A stretch of 64,000 bases of DNA from contig OZ218964.1 of the NCBI GenBank assembly GCA_965112735.1, positions 1,178,001 to 1,242,000 of the forward strand, in the 5' to 3' direction. Positions 1-13,200 of the stretch are shown piece after piece (position 1 is the stretch's first letter; each line of letters starts with the position of its first letter). The stretch is from Phaeosaccion multiseriatum (Eukaryota; Protista; Ochrophyta, other classes). The notes beneath the pieces were generated by a model. It saw only the letters and a list, made by a program, of their open reading frames with translations. It was not told where the DNA came from and ran no database searches. Both the position numbers and the translations under genes were made by a program.

Positions 1-1296
1 GGGGCATGAAGGTGAAGGTGAGACCAGAGAAGCTGTAGTCCATGCCGCCGTTGAGGGTCAGCTCCAGGGGGTAGGTACCCGCGGCGTGGGGGGGAGCCTT
101 ACACAGCACCGCGGAGGATGAGAGGAGGATGGCCTCTGAGTCAGTGGCGTCATCGAATCTGCACCGAAGCAGCTTCTTGCTGTTGACGTTGTCGTCACTG
201 TCGTCAGTTGCGTCCACAAAATTACGCCCTGTCACGAGTACCTCCGTACCCACGGGCCCGCGCGGTGGGTTGGCCGCATGTAGCTCCACTTGTTGGTGAT
301 ACGTAAACGTCGCCTGTGTGTAGGACGGAGGAGCGAAGGTGACATTGTTGTTGCTCACCGCCACCGTCACCACGTTGGATAGCGCTCCCGGGGGCCGGGG
401 GGGCGACAGGCAAACCACGGAATGCCCTGCGGGGTCCACCGAGAGGGCCCGAACGGTGGCGGAACTCCCCGAGCCGAAGCGACACACGACATTGGCTTCT
501 GATTCCGTCACGCCCGTACCAAAGTGGTTCCCCGTGACGGTGACACGCGTATAGCCCGAGGGGGGCCCGAGCGGGGGCGAGAGGGACACCACGGAAGGGT
601 CTTCGGTGAAGGAGAAGCGATGTCCGCTGGAAGAGAAGGTCACGCCGTTGCTGCTCACCTCCAGGATGGCGTTTCCGGGTCGGTGTACAGGCGCGACGCA
701 TCGCAGCACTTGCTCGCTCTGAAACACGGCTCGGACAAAGGTCGTCGTCGTCGAAGAAGAAGAAGGCGAAGGGGATGGCACCATAATGCCACCACCACCA
801 CCACCACCACCACCACCACCAAGACCACCATTCCCGCTGCCGATGGAAGTGAACGCGCAGGTGAGATTGGCGGTATTGGTGAAGTTGAGACCCTTCACCA
901 CAATCTCCGTGGCGCCGCTGCTGGCGGGCACCCTGTGGGGGGCAACGCCCAACACCTTTGGCATGGGAAGAGCGGTGGCTTGAGCACGGCTACTCGTCCA
1001 GTCTCCCGTCAAGGCGTCGCCAACCTCCACGTGTATGCCCAACGGGCTCACGTGCAGCGAGTCCAGCGAGGGAGGGACGAGGCACTTGATCACGACCTCT
1101 CCCTCCTCATTACTGCCACCGCCGGAGATGATCGTCCGTTCCACCAAGCCCCGGGACACGAGTGGAGCGGGCTGCCCCAATCCAAGACTAGTTCGACTAG
1201 TCAGTCCTCCTTCCAGTCCTACTGCCGGTTCGTATCTACAGATGGCCACCTCAGCTGTTCCGTTGTCGGTGTCAGGACTGCTGCCGCTGCTGCCGC

Positions 1297-1330
<34 letters not shown>

Positions 1331-2471
1331 GCTGCTGCTTCCGAACCAAGACGAGAGGGTGACGGGGTAAACCCCTCTGCCCGAGGTGACACCTTCCGAC
1401 AGAGCCCGTTGCGTCCAGGAGGGAGTGGTAACTCGAGGGAGGGGTTGGAAGGTGAAACGGGTCGGCTGAGTGTAGGGCTTTCGCGTACCAGCCGCCACGA
1501 GCAACACATCCACCTCCTCCTCCTCGTCGTCGTTGTCGTCGAATCCAGTCGTCGCCATTGCTGAGTGCGGAGGAGTGATACATCTCACTCGGTCTGTGGA
1601 GAGCAGCAGAGCGGGCACAATGTGGGGACCAAAGGCGCAGAGGGTGTCTTGGCGGCCAATGTTGAAGCCGGTCAGAGTCACCACGGTGCCTCCCGCTGCA
1701 CTCCCACGCGGGGGATGGATGGAAGTGAGCACGGCGAGAGGCTCGAAGGTGAAGCCCAGGGGGGCGCCGCGAGTCACAGGTTGGCCACCTATGGATACAG
1801 TCACACGCACCCCCAGGGGGGCGTTAGTCCATTCGCTGGGCAGAGCAGGGGTGACGCACACAACGCTCGAGGACGACTGCACCGTGCCGTTGCTGTGTAT
1901 CACCAACTGCTCATACTGCTGAGAAGAAGAAGCAGAAGAAGAGGAAGAGGAAGTGAAGGTGCATCGTACTGCCGCGGCCCGGTCAGAGCCCCCTCCTCCT
2001 CCGCCTCCGACGCGAAGATTGTCTCCGGCGATCCAGAGCTCCGTGCCTCCACCCGACGGGCCCGAGAGGGGCCAAAGTGATGTCACAACTGGCGGATGGA
2101 CGTATTCGAAGCGCAAGCCGCTGCTGGTGCGCTCCTGCCCTCCCACGGACACCTCCACGGCTACTGCTCCGGCTCGAAGCCCGACGGCGGGCGGCGAGAG
2201 GCAGCGGAGGCGAGAGGAGGAGTAGAACGTGGCTCGGCTGCTCGTAGCAGTCCGCATGCTGCTGCCGCTAGGGCCCGTGACCCGACTAGTGGTGGTGCTG
2301 TCGTCTCTTCCAAAGTGGCACACTAGGTCCGTGGTGTTGGGCCAATTTGCCCCTCGGACGAGGATCTCTTCCCCGCCGTAGATGGATCCAAAAGAAGGCT
2401 CCAATCCTAGCACCTCCGACGCCTCCACATACGTGAACTCCGTCCAATCACCACCACCACCACTAGTCGCA

Positions 2472-2521
<50 letters not shown>

Positions 2522-5500
2522 ACTGCTGTAGTCTTGGCCGTTGGTCGACACCGCCACGCTCACACTTCCCGGTGCGTGAGGAGGACTCAAGCACTCCAGC
2601 GTGAAGTCGTCAATGAACACTGCAGGTACGCTCAGCGTCTTCCCGAAGCGGCAGCGCAATAGAGACCTCGACCCAGAGCCACCTCCACCGCCATCCACTG
2701 CCATCTGGAACCCTTTGCCCTTGATCTGCACCGTGGTGGAGCCCCGGTGGGAGCCCGTCGTCGGACTCAGCTCGAGCACCGTCGGGACAGGTCCGTACGA
2801 GAAGGTGGCCGTGGATATCCAGGCTCGGAGGCCTCCTCCTCCTCCTCCACCACCACCACCACCCGTCACCACCGTGACCCGGGCAGTTATGTGGGCATCG
2901 GTGGTGGTGGTGCCATCGATCCCGGCGGCGGAAGGAGGACGGGGCGGAGTGATGCACTCGACCTGCCTCGACGACAGCCACCTGGCCGGTACGCTCACAC
3001 TCACACTGCCCCCATCACCACCGCCACCACTGCTGCTGCTGCTGCTGCTGCTGCTCCCGTTCTCAACAGACACACTGCCCACCCCATGTTCCTCCTCCTC
3101 GTCAAAGTCAAACTCGAACAGGCACTCCAGCCCTCCGAAAAGATTGACAAAGCCTTCGCCGGACACAACGACGCGGGTGCCCCCTCCCTCCCCTCCGTGG
3201 CTGGGCGAGACTCGAAGCACGCCGGTGGGCTGCAAGTAGCGGAAGTAGGTACCACGACTGCTGTGCACCGAAGACGACCCCCACGCCACGGTAAGAAGGG
3301 CCATCGGAATATCCGCACCACTGACGCCTAGACTACCATCGCCTCCTCCTCCCCCTTCCCCAAAGCCCCCGCTCCCTCCTGCCAGCGACTGAGCCACTGC
3401 ACTGAGCGGTGGCGACACACACGTCACAGTGTGCGTAGTTGGGTCCACTCGCAGGGGCAGGGCACGCCAAGTCCCAAACACACACGTCAGCTCACTGAGC
3501 GCTTCTGGCGAGGCAGGCAGCTGAGTGAAAGAGGTCGTCACCTCGGTGCCACCTAAGCTCCAGCCAAAGGCAGGCACTGCCTCCCCTACCATCTGCAGAG
3601 GCGGCACGTACGCAAAGGTCATCCGGGCCGAGGCGCCAACATCTTCCTCCTCCTCATCATCATCATCCTGCTGCTGAGAGGCAGGAGAGCCGTCCACAAG
3701 CAGCGAGACAGTGGTGTTGCCTTCCCACTCCGAAGGCGGGCTGACGCATTGCACCAATGTGCTGTTGACGAAGGTCGCCACGCTGTCCAGCCTGATAATA
3801 CCGATGCCGAGCCCAACCCCACCTTCATCGAAAGAAGGAGGAGAAGAAGCGAAGTGGCAGAGGATGCGGCTGTACGGGGAGAAACTGTTGCCCGATACGA
3901 CGATGAGTGTGCCACCCGTTGATGGTCCGCTGCGGGGCTGGATTGAGCGCACTCGAGTGGCTGCACGGTACGTCAGCGTGGCGGCTGGAGCTGACGACGA
4001 TGACGTCAGCGCGGATGTCATATACGACGTGGCACCGGAGGAGAAGTGATCGTCCACGCCGTTGAGAGTGACGCCCACGTGCACCCTCCCGGGGGGGTGA
4101 GGCGGCGTCTCGTGGCAAGTAATCTCGGTGGAGGAAACCCACACCGCGGCCGTCGTCATCCTCCTTCTTCTTCTGCCATCCTCTTGTTCCTCTCCTTCTG
4201 CGAGGCTTGACAACAATGACGAAGAAGGCGGGTCCTTGAATACGCAGGCCAGCGTGGCTGAGGGGTGGAAGCCGAAGCCGTAGAGCGTCAGCTGCCCCCC
4301 CCTGGCGCTCGTCCTGCCCGTCTCGGGGGCGTGTCTGGGCGATACAGCAGCCATGTGGGGCGCCTCGTAGTACGAATAGCCCAGGCCGGAGCGACTAAAG
4401 TCCGCACCCCCGTTAATCGACACCTCCACAATCACAGAGCTTTGGGTGGCGGTCAGGTCTTGATGAATGGGTTCCCACGGAGGCGTCAAACAACGTACAC
4501 TGCTGCCAACCAAGTGGTCCAGCAAGACGTCGTCGTTGTTGTTGTTGTTGTTGTTAGGTCGCTGGTCATCCGCGTCGTCGTCGAGTGTAGAAGATACGAG
4601 CGAAGCGAGCACGTTGCGCTGAATGCCGCCATCCTCACTAGAGAAGCGACAGTACAGCTCGTTGGACTCTGAAGCAGCCTCCAGCACGGACGCGCTCACC
4701 CCCGCCACAGCCACCGTCAGGCTCGTTCCTCCACACCCCGGACCGGAAACAGGCTCCAACGCCGTGGTGAGCACCGGCCTGACGAAGGTGTACGTGACGG
4801 CGTCGCTCTCGCTGGTCCAGTGCGCCCCTCCATCCGCCGACACAGCCAGCGCCACCTCCCCCTCGTGCCCCACATGAGAGGGGGTGGTGCATTGCAATTG
4901 TCGCCGACCTCGGCCTTCTCCTCCTTCGCTGCTGACCTCCTGGGCGGCGACGACGACACTCCCGAAGCGGCATTGCAGGCTGTTGCTTAGGCTGTTGTTG
5001 TCCTTCTCCTCGACGCCGTCGTCACCAGCTGTAGAGGCAGAGGAGACAGGCTTGCGTCCTGTCCATGTTACGGTCACCACCGAACCGCCCAAGCTGGACC
5101 CACGGGAGGGTGTGACGCTGTGCACCGTCTGAAAGGGGATGACATGGAGCCTGGCATAGGCCGTGGACATGTCCACTCCGTTGTTTGTCACGCGCACACT
5201 CACAGGACTGTCAACTTGTGTCACAGAGCGGGGTACAGTGCACTGCAACAGGGAGGGAGACAACCACAGTGCAGCCTCGGAGAGCACGCCTGTACAGGCT
5301 CGGGCAGTTGGTGGTACAGCAGTAGCTGTGGTGTTGTTGCTGCTGCCGCCTCCAAAGCAGCACGCCAGCGAGGGAGAGTTGCGGAAGCCGGAGCCCGACA
5401 CCAACACCAGCTGCTGCTGTTGGTCATCGGCCTGATGGTGGTCGTCGTCGTTGTCTTCGCCAACAGCATTGGGTCTCTCCAACACGGTGGATGGTGTGGT

Positions 5501-7927
5501 GTCCACAACCAAGACCTCCTCGAAGTGGAACCAAAGACCCGTGGACGCCGAGCTAGTGCTCAGGAAAGCCCCCCAATCACCACCACTCTCATCACTCTCA
5601 TCTCCCTCCTCAGTCTCGTCCTCATTCTTCGCCTTGGAGGAAGAGGAGGTGAGGCGACGGCTGCGGAGGTGCTCCCCCGAGACGATTCGAATGGGCATGG
5701 AGACCGATTGGGCTTGTGGAGGGGCCTCACAAACCACCTCCTCCGAGGAGAGCACGGTCGTGGAGAGGCCTTCCGTCTTACCAAAGTAGCACAGCGTCCG
5801 AGGGATAGACATGTCCTCCTCATCACCATCGCTCGCCAGGACGAGGGGGGTGAGGAAATTCGTCCCTGATACGGTTACACGCGTACCTCCCTCCAGAGGG
5901 GCCGACAAGGGCCGTACGGAGCGGATGGTGGGCGCGCTGGAGTAGTAGGCGAAGGTGTCATGACCGAAGGTGTTGTCATGGTCAACGTCATCACCATCAC
6001 CGCCGCCCTGCCCCTGCTCCTGCCCCTCTCGAGGAGTGCGAAGGCTCCAATCGAGCCCTCCGTTGAAGCTCACGCGCACCGACACCACCGCCGCTGTATC
6101 ACCAACTTCTGTGCCATTGCCGCTGCCGCTGCCGCTGCTGCTTGGACTCACACACCTCATCTCAGTGCTGGAAAGCACCAACGCGGTAACAATGTCCGCC
6201 TCCCCAAAGAGGCACACCGCTTGCTCTGTACTACCCACGGCAAAGTTTGCTCCGGTCACAGTCACTTCTGTCCCTCCCATACTCGGACCAAGCGAGGGAC
6301 TCAGCGAATGGACCACAGGCGGTAGCTGAAAGGCAAACGGCAAGGCAGGCGTGCTGAGTTGCTGCCCACCGTTGACAGTGACGCGTACGTCAGCAAGAAT
6401 GACGTCACTGTCACCGTCAGCGCCGTTCAAGTACGCACTTGCTGATGATCCCAGTCCTGGCACCCCCGGGCCCAAGAGGTCTGTGAGGGCAGGGGCCGAG
6501 CACTCCATGGTGGAGTTTGATATCCATCGCCCTTGCACCTGCACCGACACCGGCATCGGCACTGAGGAGTTGTGCCTCATCATCAGCTGGCGACGACTAC
6601 TGAAGTCACATGACAGGCCAGGTAAGTCAGGGAGGAACATTCCGTCCAGCAGGACCGATGTGCCTCCCCTGGCCGCTCCAGATGTCGGGTAGAGCGACGA
6701 GACGATGGGTGGGAGAGTGAAGTGGATGGGCCCTGCAGGGACCCATTCGTGTCCGTTAACCGTCACCCACAGCGAGTGAAGAGAAGCAACTTCGCTCCAC
6801 ACCTCACACGCGATGCTGCTGGATGACAGGAAGGAAGCGCTCACGTCCAATGGGGCAGCCGTAGCAGCACCACCGCCACTGGAACTTGTAGTAGAAGAAG
6901 GAGTGAGGCGGCAGCTGAGTTGTGGAGTGTCGAAGAAGCCCGAGCCTCGCACTACCACCCTCAAGGCGGAGGAAGAGGAAGAAGAAGAGGAAGAGGACGT
7001 CGTCTTGGGGCTGCTGTTGTGAACGATGCCCGCGTTGGGAGTCACAGAGTCCACTTGCGGGCTCCGCGCATACTTAAACACAGAGGAGCCCTTTGAGCTG
7101 CTGTTTGAGGTCCCGTCCGAGCTTCCGTTTGAGCTTCCGTCGTCGCCCTCAGCCTCACCTCCATCACCGGCGCTGCCGGTCAGAGGGAGCAAGCGTCTGC
7201 CGGCCATGCTTACGTGGAAGTCCACCTCCACATCCGTACTTGTGTTGGCGACGACCTCCAGTAAGGGAGGTGCCAAGCACATCAGGCTGGTGGCGTTGAC
7301 GAGCGTCGCCCTCACCTCGCGGAGACCGAACCAGCATGATAGCTCCACTGGGAGGGAAGAGGCTCTACCTCCACCTCCACCCTTAGTAGCATTTGTACCA
7401 CCAACAGTAGTGGGGGACTCAGGGCCAGCAGCAGGCCAAGCCATGGCCCTTGTTGTGAGCAGGTTTGCCCCGGTGACGGTTACGGGAGTCCCTCCGCCCA
7501 GCGCTCCGACGGCAGGGGTCAGCACAGACGAGATTTTGGGGTCTGCTGCGAAGACAAAGACCGCCCTGCCATGAGAGGTAAAATCTCTGCCGTTGTTGGA
7601 CATCTCCACCACGACTTCGAGACTGGTATCTCCCCTTCCGCCTCCTCCTCCTCCTCCTCCTCCTCCTCCTCCTCCTCCTCCTCCTCCTCCTCCTGCTGCT
7701 GCTGCTGCTGCTGGAGCTTTAGACTGTGACCGTGCGTTGTGAATCTTGCTGATCTGTTCTTGTCGGAGGAGAGGAATTGGGCACTCTGCCTCAGTGCTGG
7801 ACACCCAACGAGCAGCGACGATCCCTGCCTCGCCAAAGGAACACGATAGGCTCTCCGTATTGTCAAAGCCTGAGCCCCGCACCACAGCCACAGGCCGAGC
7901 TTGCGAGGAAGATGATGATGATGATGG

Positions 7928-8025
<98 letters not shown>

Positions 8026-10178
8026 GTGATGATGACATCTTCTCCCCCGGCTCAATCTCCAGCGTCGTGACCCATGAGGCGACCACTACCGTCGGATAAA
8101 CGGCAGCTACACGGAGAGAGGACACGTAGCTGAAAGTATGCGGCGACAGACGGGCGTTCGGCTCTGCCCGAAGGTGGTCGGACGAGAAGGTGAGGCCGTC
8201 CGTGCTCACACTCACCTCCACCAACACGTCGTCGCCAATCGCGAGTCCAAGGTCAATGTTGCCGGTCGGGGGGGCGGGGGGCGCCTTGCAGGTGAGAGCG
8301 GACTCCGAGATGAGTTGTGCAGGCACCACACTCTCGCCGAACTTGCAGCGTAAGAGAGTGTCACTGCTGCTGCCCATATGACTGCTGCTGCTACTGCTGC
8401 TGCTGCTGCTGTTGCGGCTGTCCATCTCTGTCTCGTCGACAAAGTTCTTGCCTGTGATAGTCACCACGGTGCCCCCTACACTGGGCCCGTTGCTCGGCTC
8501 CACGCGGCTCACCGTTGGCACAGGCATGTAGGAAAAGGGTAGCGCCGTGGCGGCTCCGACGACGGGGGCGGCTCCTGCACTGGCTCCTCGAAGGTCGAGA
8601 GAGACCAGTACAGCTTCGCTGCTGTAGTGATAGCTGGAGCTGTTGTAGTAGTCGTCGTCGCCATTGAGGGAGGAGGAGAAGCTTCGATTCCCTTCTCCTC
8701 CTTCTCCAAAGGCGGCGACAAGGCCAAGTGCAGGGGCGAAGCAAACGACGGTGGTTTCGTCCAGTTGCATAGCGGCCACTCGCCCTGCCCGGCCGAAGTT
8801 ACAGCCCTTGACGAGCATCGCTCCGCCACTGACACCACCGAAGTTAGCACCCTTGACCACGACTTCCCGATTGCCCGTGGAGTATCCTCGGGAGGGGAGG
8901 AGGCGGTGTATATGGGGGTCGGGGTGCACAGTCAGGACAAGTTGATGGTACAGCAGTGGTGCCACCACCCCGGCGACTGCTGTATCACCAACTGCTGATG
9001 CTGCTGCTGGCGACGTTTCTTCTGACGGGAAGAAGTCGACTCCGTTGATAGAAAGGGCCACATGTGCTTGTCCCACCGGCAGGCGCGCGGGCAGGGGACA
9101 CCTGACCTCCGTCCTAGACACCCAGTAGGCGGGCAACACCACAGCATCAAGAGCCCGCTTTGCTGCTGTAGCACCATCTGCGATGGACGAGAAGCGGCAG
9201 GAGAGTAAGGGCGACTCCCTGAAGCCGAAGCCGTTCAGTGTGACGACGGCTCCCTCAGAGGCCGTCTCTACAGTGAAACTCGGGCTCACCGCCAGCACAG
9301 TGGGCGCCGCCTCGTAGGCAAACATCCAGCGGCGGAGACTGAAGTCCACGCCGTTGGCTGAAACCGTCACTGCGACCTTCGCGTCCTCTCCGCTCCACTT
9401 GGGCGACACACACGTAACGACACTGGTGTCAGGATTGCTGCTGTTGCTGCTTTGCACGACTACGCTTTGCCTCGCACTCCTCCCCTGCCCACGCCCCTGC
9501 GGCCCAACGCTCTCAAAGCGGCACGCCACAACCTTGGTGCCCAGACCGGGCCCGGTCAGCACCACCTCCGTACCCCCGCTTAGAGAACCTGACAAAGGGT
9601 GCATGCTCTGCACCACGAGTGGCTCTGTCACAAAGGTGAAGGTCATGTGGGTCTGGAAACCCTCCTCACTCCCACCTGCCAGGCTCTGTCCAGTGCCATC
9701 CACGAGACGCACGGTCACCGTGCCGCCCTCTCCTCCTGCGCGGGCGGGCGTTACACAACCCACACGGTGTGCGTCGACCTTGCCCGCGGGTACAAGGTCG
9801 TGAGGCCCACCGCCGCCGAAGTCGCAGTAGTAAGGAACGTCTCCTGGCACCCTCGGTCCTGACAACACCACCTCCTCCTTCCCCTCCTCCAGCTCGAGAA
9901 GAGCAAGACCGCCGCTGATGGCAATGGTCACCATTGTGCCTCCCTCCACCGGCCCGAAGGAGGGCTGGAGCTTCGTCATCGTGGATACTCCGATGGCGGG
10001 GTGATACAAAAAGTCCGTCGCGCTCACCCCACCGTGCAGTGAGTCTCCTCGGCAGTTGCTTGATACCTCAAGGCGGATACGACCGGGGCCTGCCTGCATG
10101 CGGGATGGTGTGACACAGCGGACGTAGTCGCTCGACAGCCACACAGCAGCACTACTGCTGGTGCTGCTACTTGTGCTC

Positions 10179-10213
<35 letters not shown>

Positions 10214-13200
10214 CGTCGTGGTGCCAAAGTGGCAGCACAAGTCGACAGTGTTGCTAAAGTGTGCCCCCTTCACCACCACCTCTTGCCCCCCCAGCACGCT
10301 ACCCTGCGCAGGCTGTGCCCAGTGGGCCTCCGCCGCAGGCAGCACCAGGAAGGACCCCACTTGGAGCTCCACGTCACTGAAACTGCCACTGCCACTGCTG
10401 TAACTGCTGTCAAGGCGGGCGTTGTCATTCATTTGCAGCGACACTCTCACTTCGCCACTCCTGGAGAAGGCCGGAGTGGAGCAAGTCACAGCGAGGCTGA
10501 GGCTTCTTCCTTCCCTCCTCTCCTCCTTCTCGTGCTCTTGGACTGACCAGTTGGCAGGCGCACTGAGTGCTTCATTGAGGCCCTCCCTGACTCCTTCCTC
10601 GAGAAAGAGGCACCGCAAGGCAATACCGCCCTCGTTCTCCTCCTCCTCCTGCTGCTGCTGCGGCTGTTGTATCACCAACTGCTGCAGCAGCCTTGTTGCT
10701 TCCGAGGAGAAGTCGCCAATGGACAGTGTGGACCCTCCTCGCACATCCCCATAGGCGGGAGAGAGGAGCCTTCCTGCGAGGGGCAGCGCTCCTCCTGCCC
10801 TGTACTCAAAGCGGATGCTCGGCTCAGACTCAGTGGTGGTGCTGCGACCCCCCTTCTCATCCTCATCCTCACTACTCACCACCACCTCAACATTAACCCC
10901 ACCACTCTCCCGCCCCCTTCGGTATGGTGGTGATATGCAAACGATTTGGTTTGAGCTCAGATAGGCCGCCGGAACCCGTTCGCTGCCGTCAAACTCACAC
11001 GCCAAGGTTGGGGTGAAGGCAAAATTCGTCCCCGAGACAGTCACAACCGTTCCTCCGGCCGAGGGCCCCGAGGAGGGCTCCACTCGGATGATGGTGGGAA
11101 GCGTACGCAGGGAGAGGAGGTTCGTTGTCGTGGCGCTGCCGTCCGATGACGATGACGATGATGAAGATGAGAACGATGGAGGAGGTGAGTAGAAGTCCCG
11201 ACCGTTGAAGGTGAGCTCAACCTCGACGGTTACAACGGGTACTTCGTCCCCAGCTCCGGAGCCAGAGGAGGAGGAGGAGGAGGAGGAGGTGGAGGGCGGC
11301 AGCGTCATCGATGGCAGCTGACAGCTTGCTTCGTTGCTGGAGAGCACGTTGGCCTTGACCAGGAGGTGCTTGTTGATGCGACACGCGGCCGCGTGGGTGG
11401 CTCTGAAGTTGACTCCCCGGATCACTGCCGTAGCACCACCACCACCACCAACACTGCTGCTGCTGCTTCTGCTGCTACTTCCCATAGAAGAGAGTGACGT
11501 CAGCAGTGGCGTCTTGTGGTATGTGAAGTACGAGGCCGTCGCTGCTTTCGCCCCGGCCCCGATCATCGGTAGAGACAGCTTCACCGTTGCCCCAGCTGCT
11601 GCTGCTGCTGTTGCTGCTACCGCCTGTGCTTCCATTCGTCCCACCACGTCGTTGTCGTTCCCCAAAGTAGCGCTGGGTAGGAAGAAGGGGGGGAAACCAC
11701 CGTCTTTTCCCTCCTCCTCCCCCTTCTCTTGCTCCACCTCCAGCAGCAAGACAGCGAAGGGCACCGTGGCCACGTCCCCCCCTGGGCCCTCTACCCAGGG
11801 GGGGCTCTTGCACGTTAGCTCGGAGTGGGATTCGACCGTTGTCGGGACCCAAGTCGCCTCATCTCCCTCTCCGAACGCGCACACCAGCAGTTGGTGATAC
11901 AGCCGCGAAGAGGAGGAGGACGAGGAGGCATGGAGACTGGAGTTGAAGTTGAAGCCCGCCCCGCCAATGGAGAGCAAAGTGCCTCCTGCCAAGGCGCCCT
12001 CTCGCGGCTCCAGAGAAGTCAAGATAGGGTGCTTTCCACCTCCTGAGAGAGCTGCTTCCTCCACGTGGTAGGAGAACACCAGCACATGGTCGTCGCCAAT
12101 CACCACACCCCCACTGCTGCCCATATGCCTCTCAGCATTCTCCTTCTCCTCCTCATCATCGTCGTCCTCCTCCTCGGCGAAGAAGCGAAGGGCAATGGAG
12201 ACAGTCCTCCCGGGCACGCCAATGGGGGAGAGGCACCGCACCAGTCCCTGATTCACCACCGCCCCGGCGGCAAGCACCTCGCCCCCAAAGAGACAGGACA
12301 CCGAGCTACCCACGGGGAAGCCTGACCCGGCAATAGACACCTCTGTGTTGCCCAAGAAGGGCCCACCCACCGGGGACAGAGAGTGCACCCTCGGGGTCGG
12401 GGTGAAGGTAAAGCGTGAGAGGGCACTGGGCTGACTCAGCGTTGCTCCTCCGTTGTTGGAGACCGTTACAGAAACCGTCTGAGATCGACCGTCTCTGACG
12501 CGAGGAGGTTTGCACTTGATGTGATGGGCGGAGATCCACACGGCAGGCACTACTTCTGCCACCATCACCGTTCCATCTGCTGCCATCTCTGGGCTTGTCG
12601 TCGGAATGCCATTGCCATCGGTATCAGCACCATCGAAACGACAGACTAGAGTAGGGAGAGGCAAGAAGTTGTAACCTCGGACATCGATGACCTGCTCGCT
12701 GCCCTTGCTGCCGTCCTCCTCCTCGCCGGTGGTGGAAGAGGAGGAGCGGCCGATGAAGCCCTGCCGGGGCGACAGGCTGGTGACGATGGGAGTGGTGTGG
12801 ATGATCACTTCATGGACGTCGTCGGACAGCAGTAGCGGCGTGGTGTCGCCACCGCTCCATAAAGACAGGGGCATGCTGCGCGGTGGCTCCTGCTCGCTGT
12901 TGGCATTCGTCGTGGTCGCCAAATGAGGGTCGTTGAGAAGGAGAAGGAACGACTCCGGAATGGCGCAGGAAAGGGTCATCAAAAGGTCTCCTCCTACTTC
13001 CCCATCCACCTCCTCCTCTGTGCTGCCGCTTGTGGTGTTGGTAACGACGACGATTCCAACCCTCGCGGCAGGAACGAGTCCCAACTCGCCCAACCTGCAA
13101 GACAGAGACGGCGGCGCCGCTCCATCATCTTCTTTCCCTTCTCCTCCGTAAGCGAGGACCCTCGACCCCCACGCCTTGACAGTCAACACCATGCCCGCTT

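Noticed and set aside
7519-8099. Poly-His, poly-Asp and poly-Met ORFs suggesting a metal-binding or biomineralisation protein
   Set aside because: They are alternate readings of a (GAT)n tract that encodes poly-Ser in the real frame.
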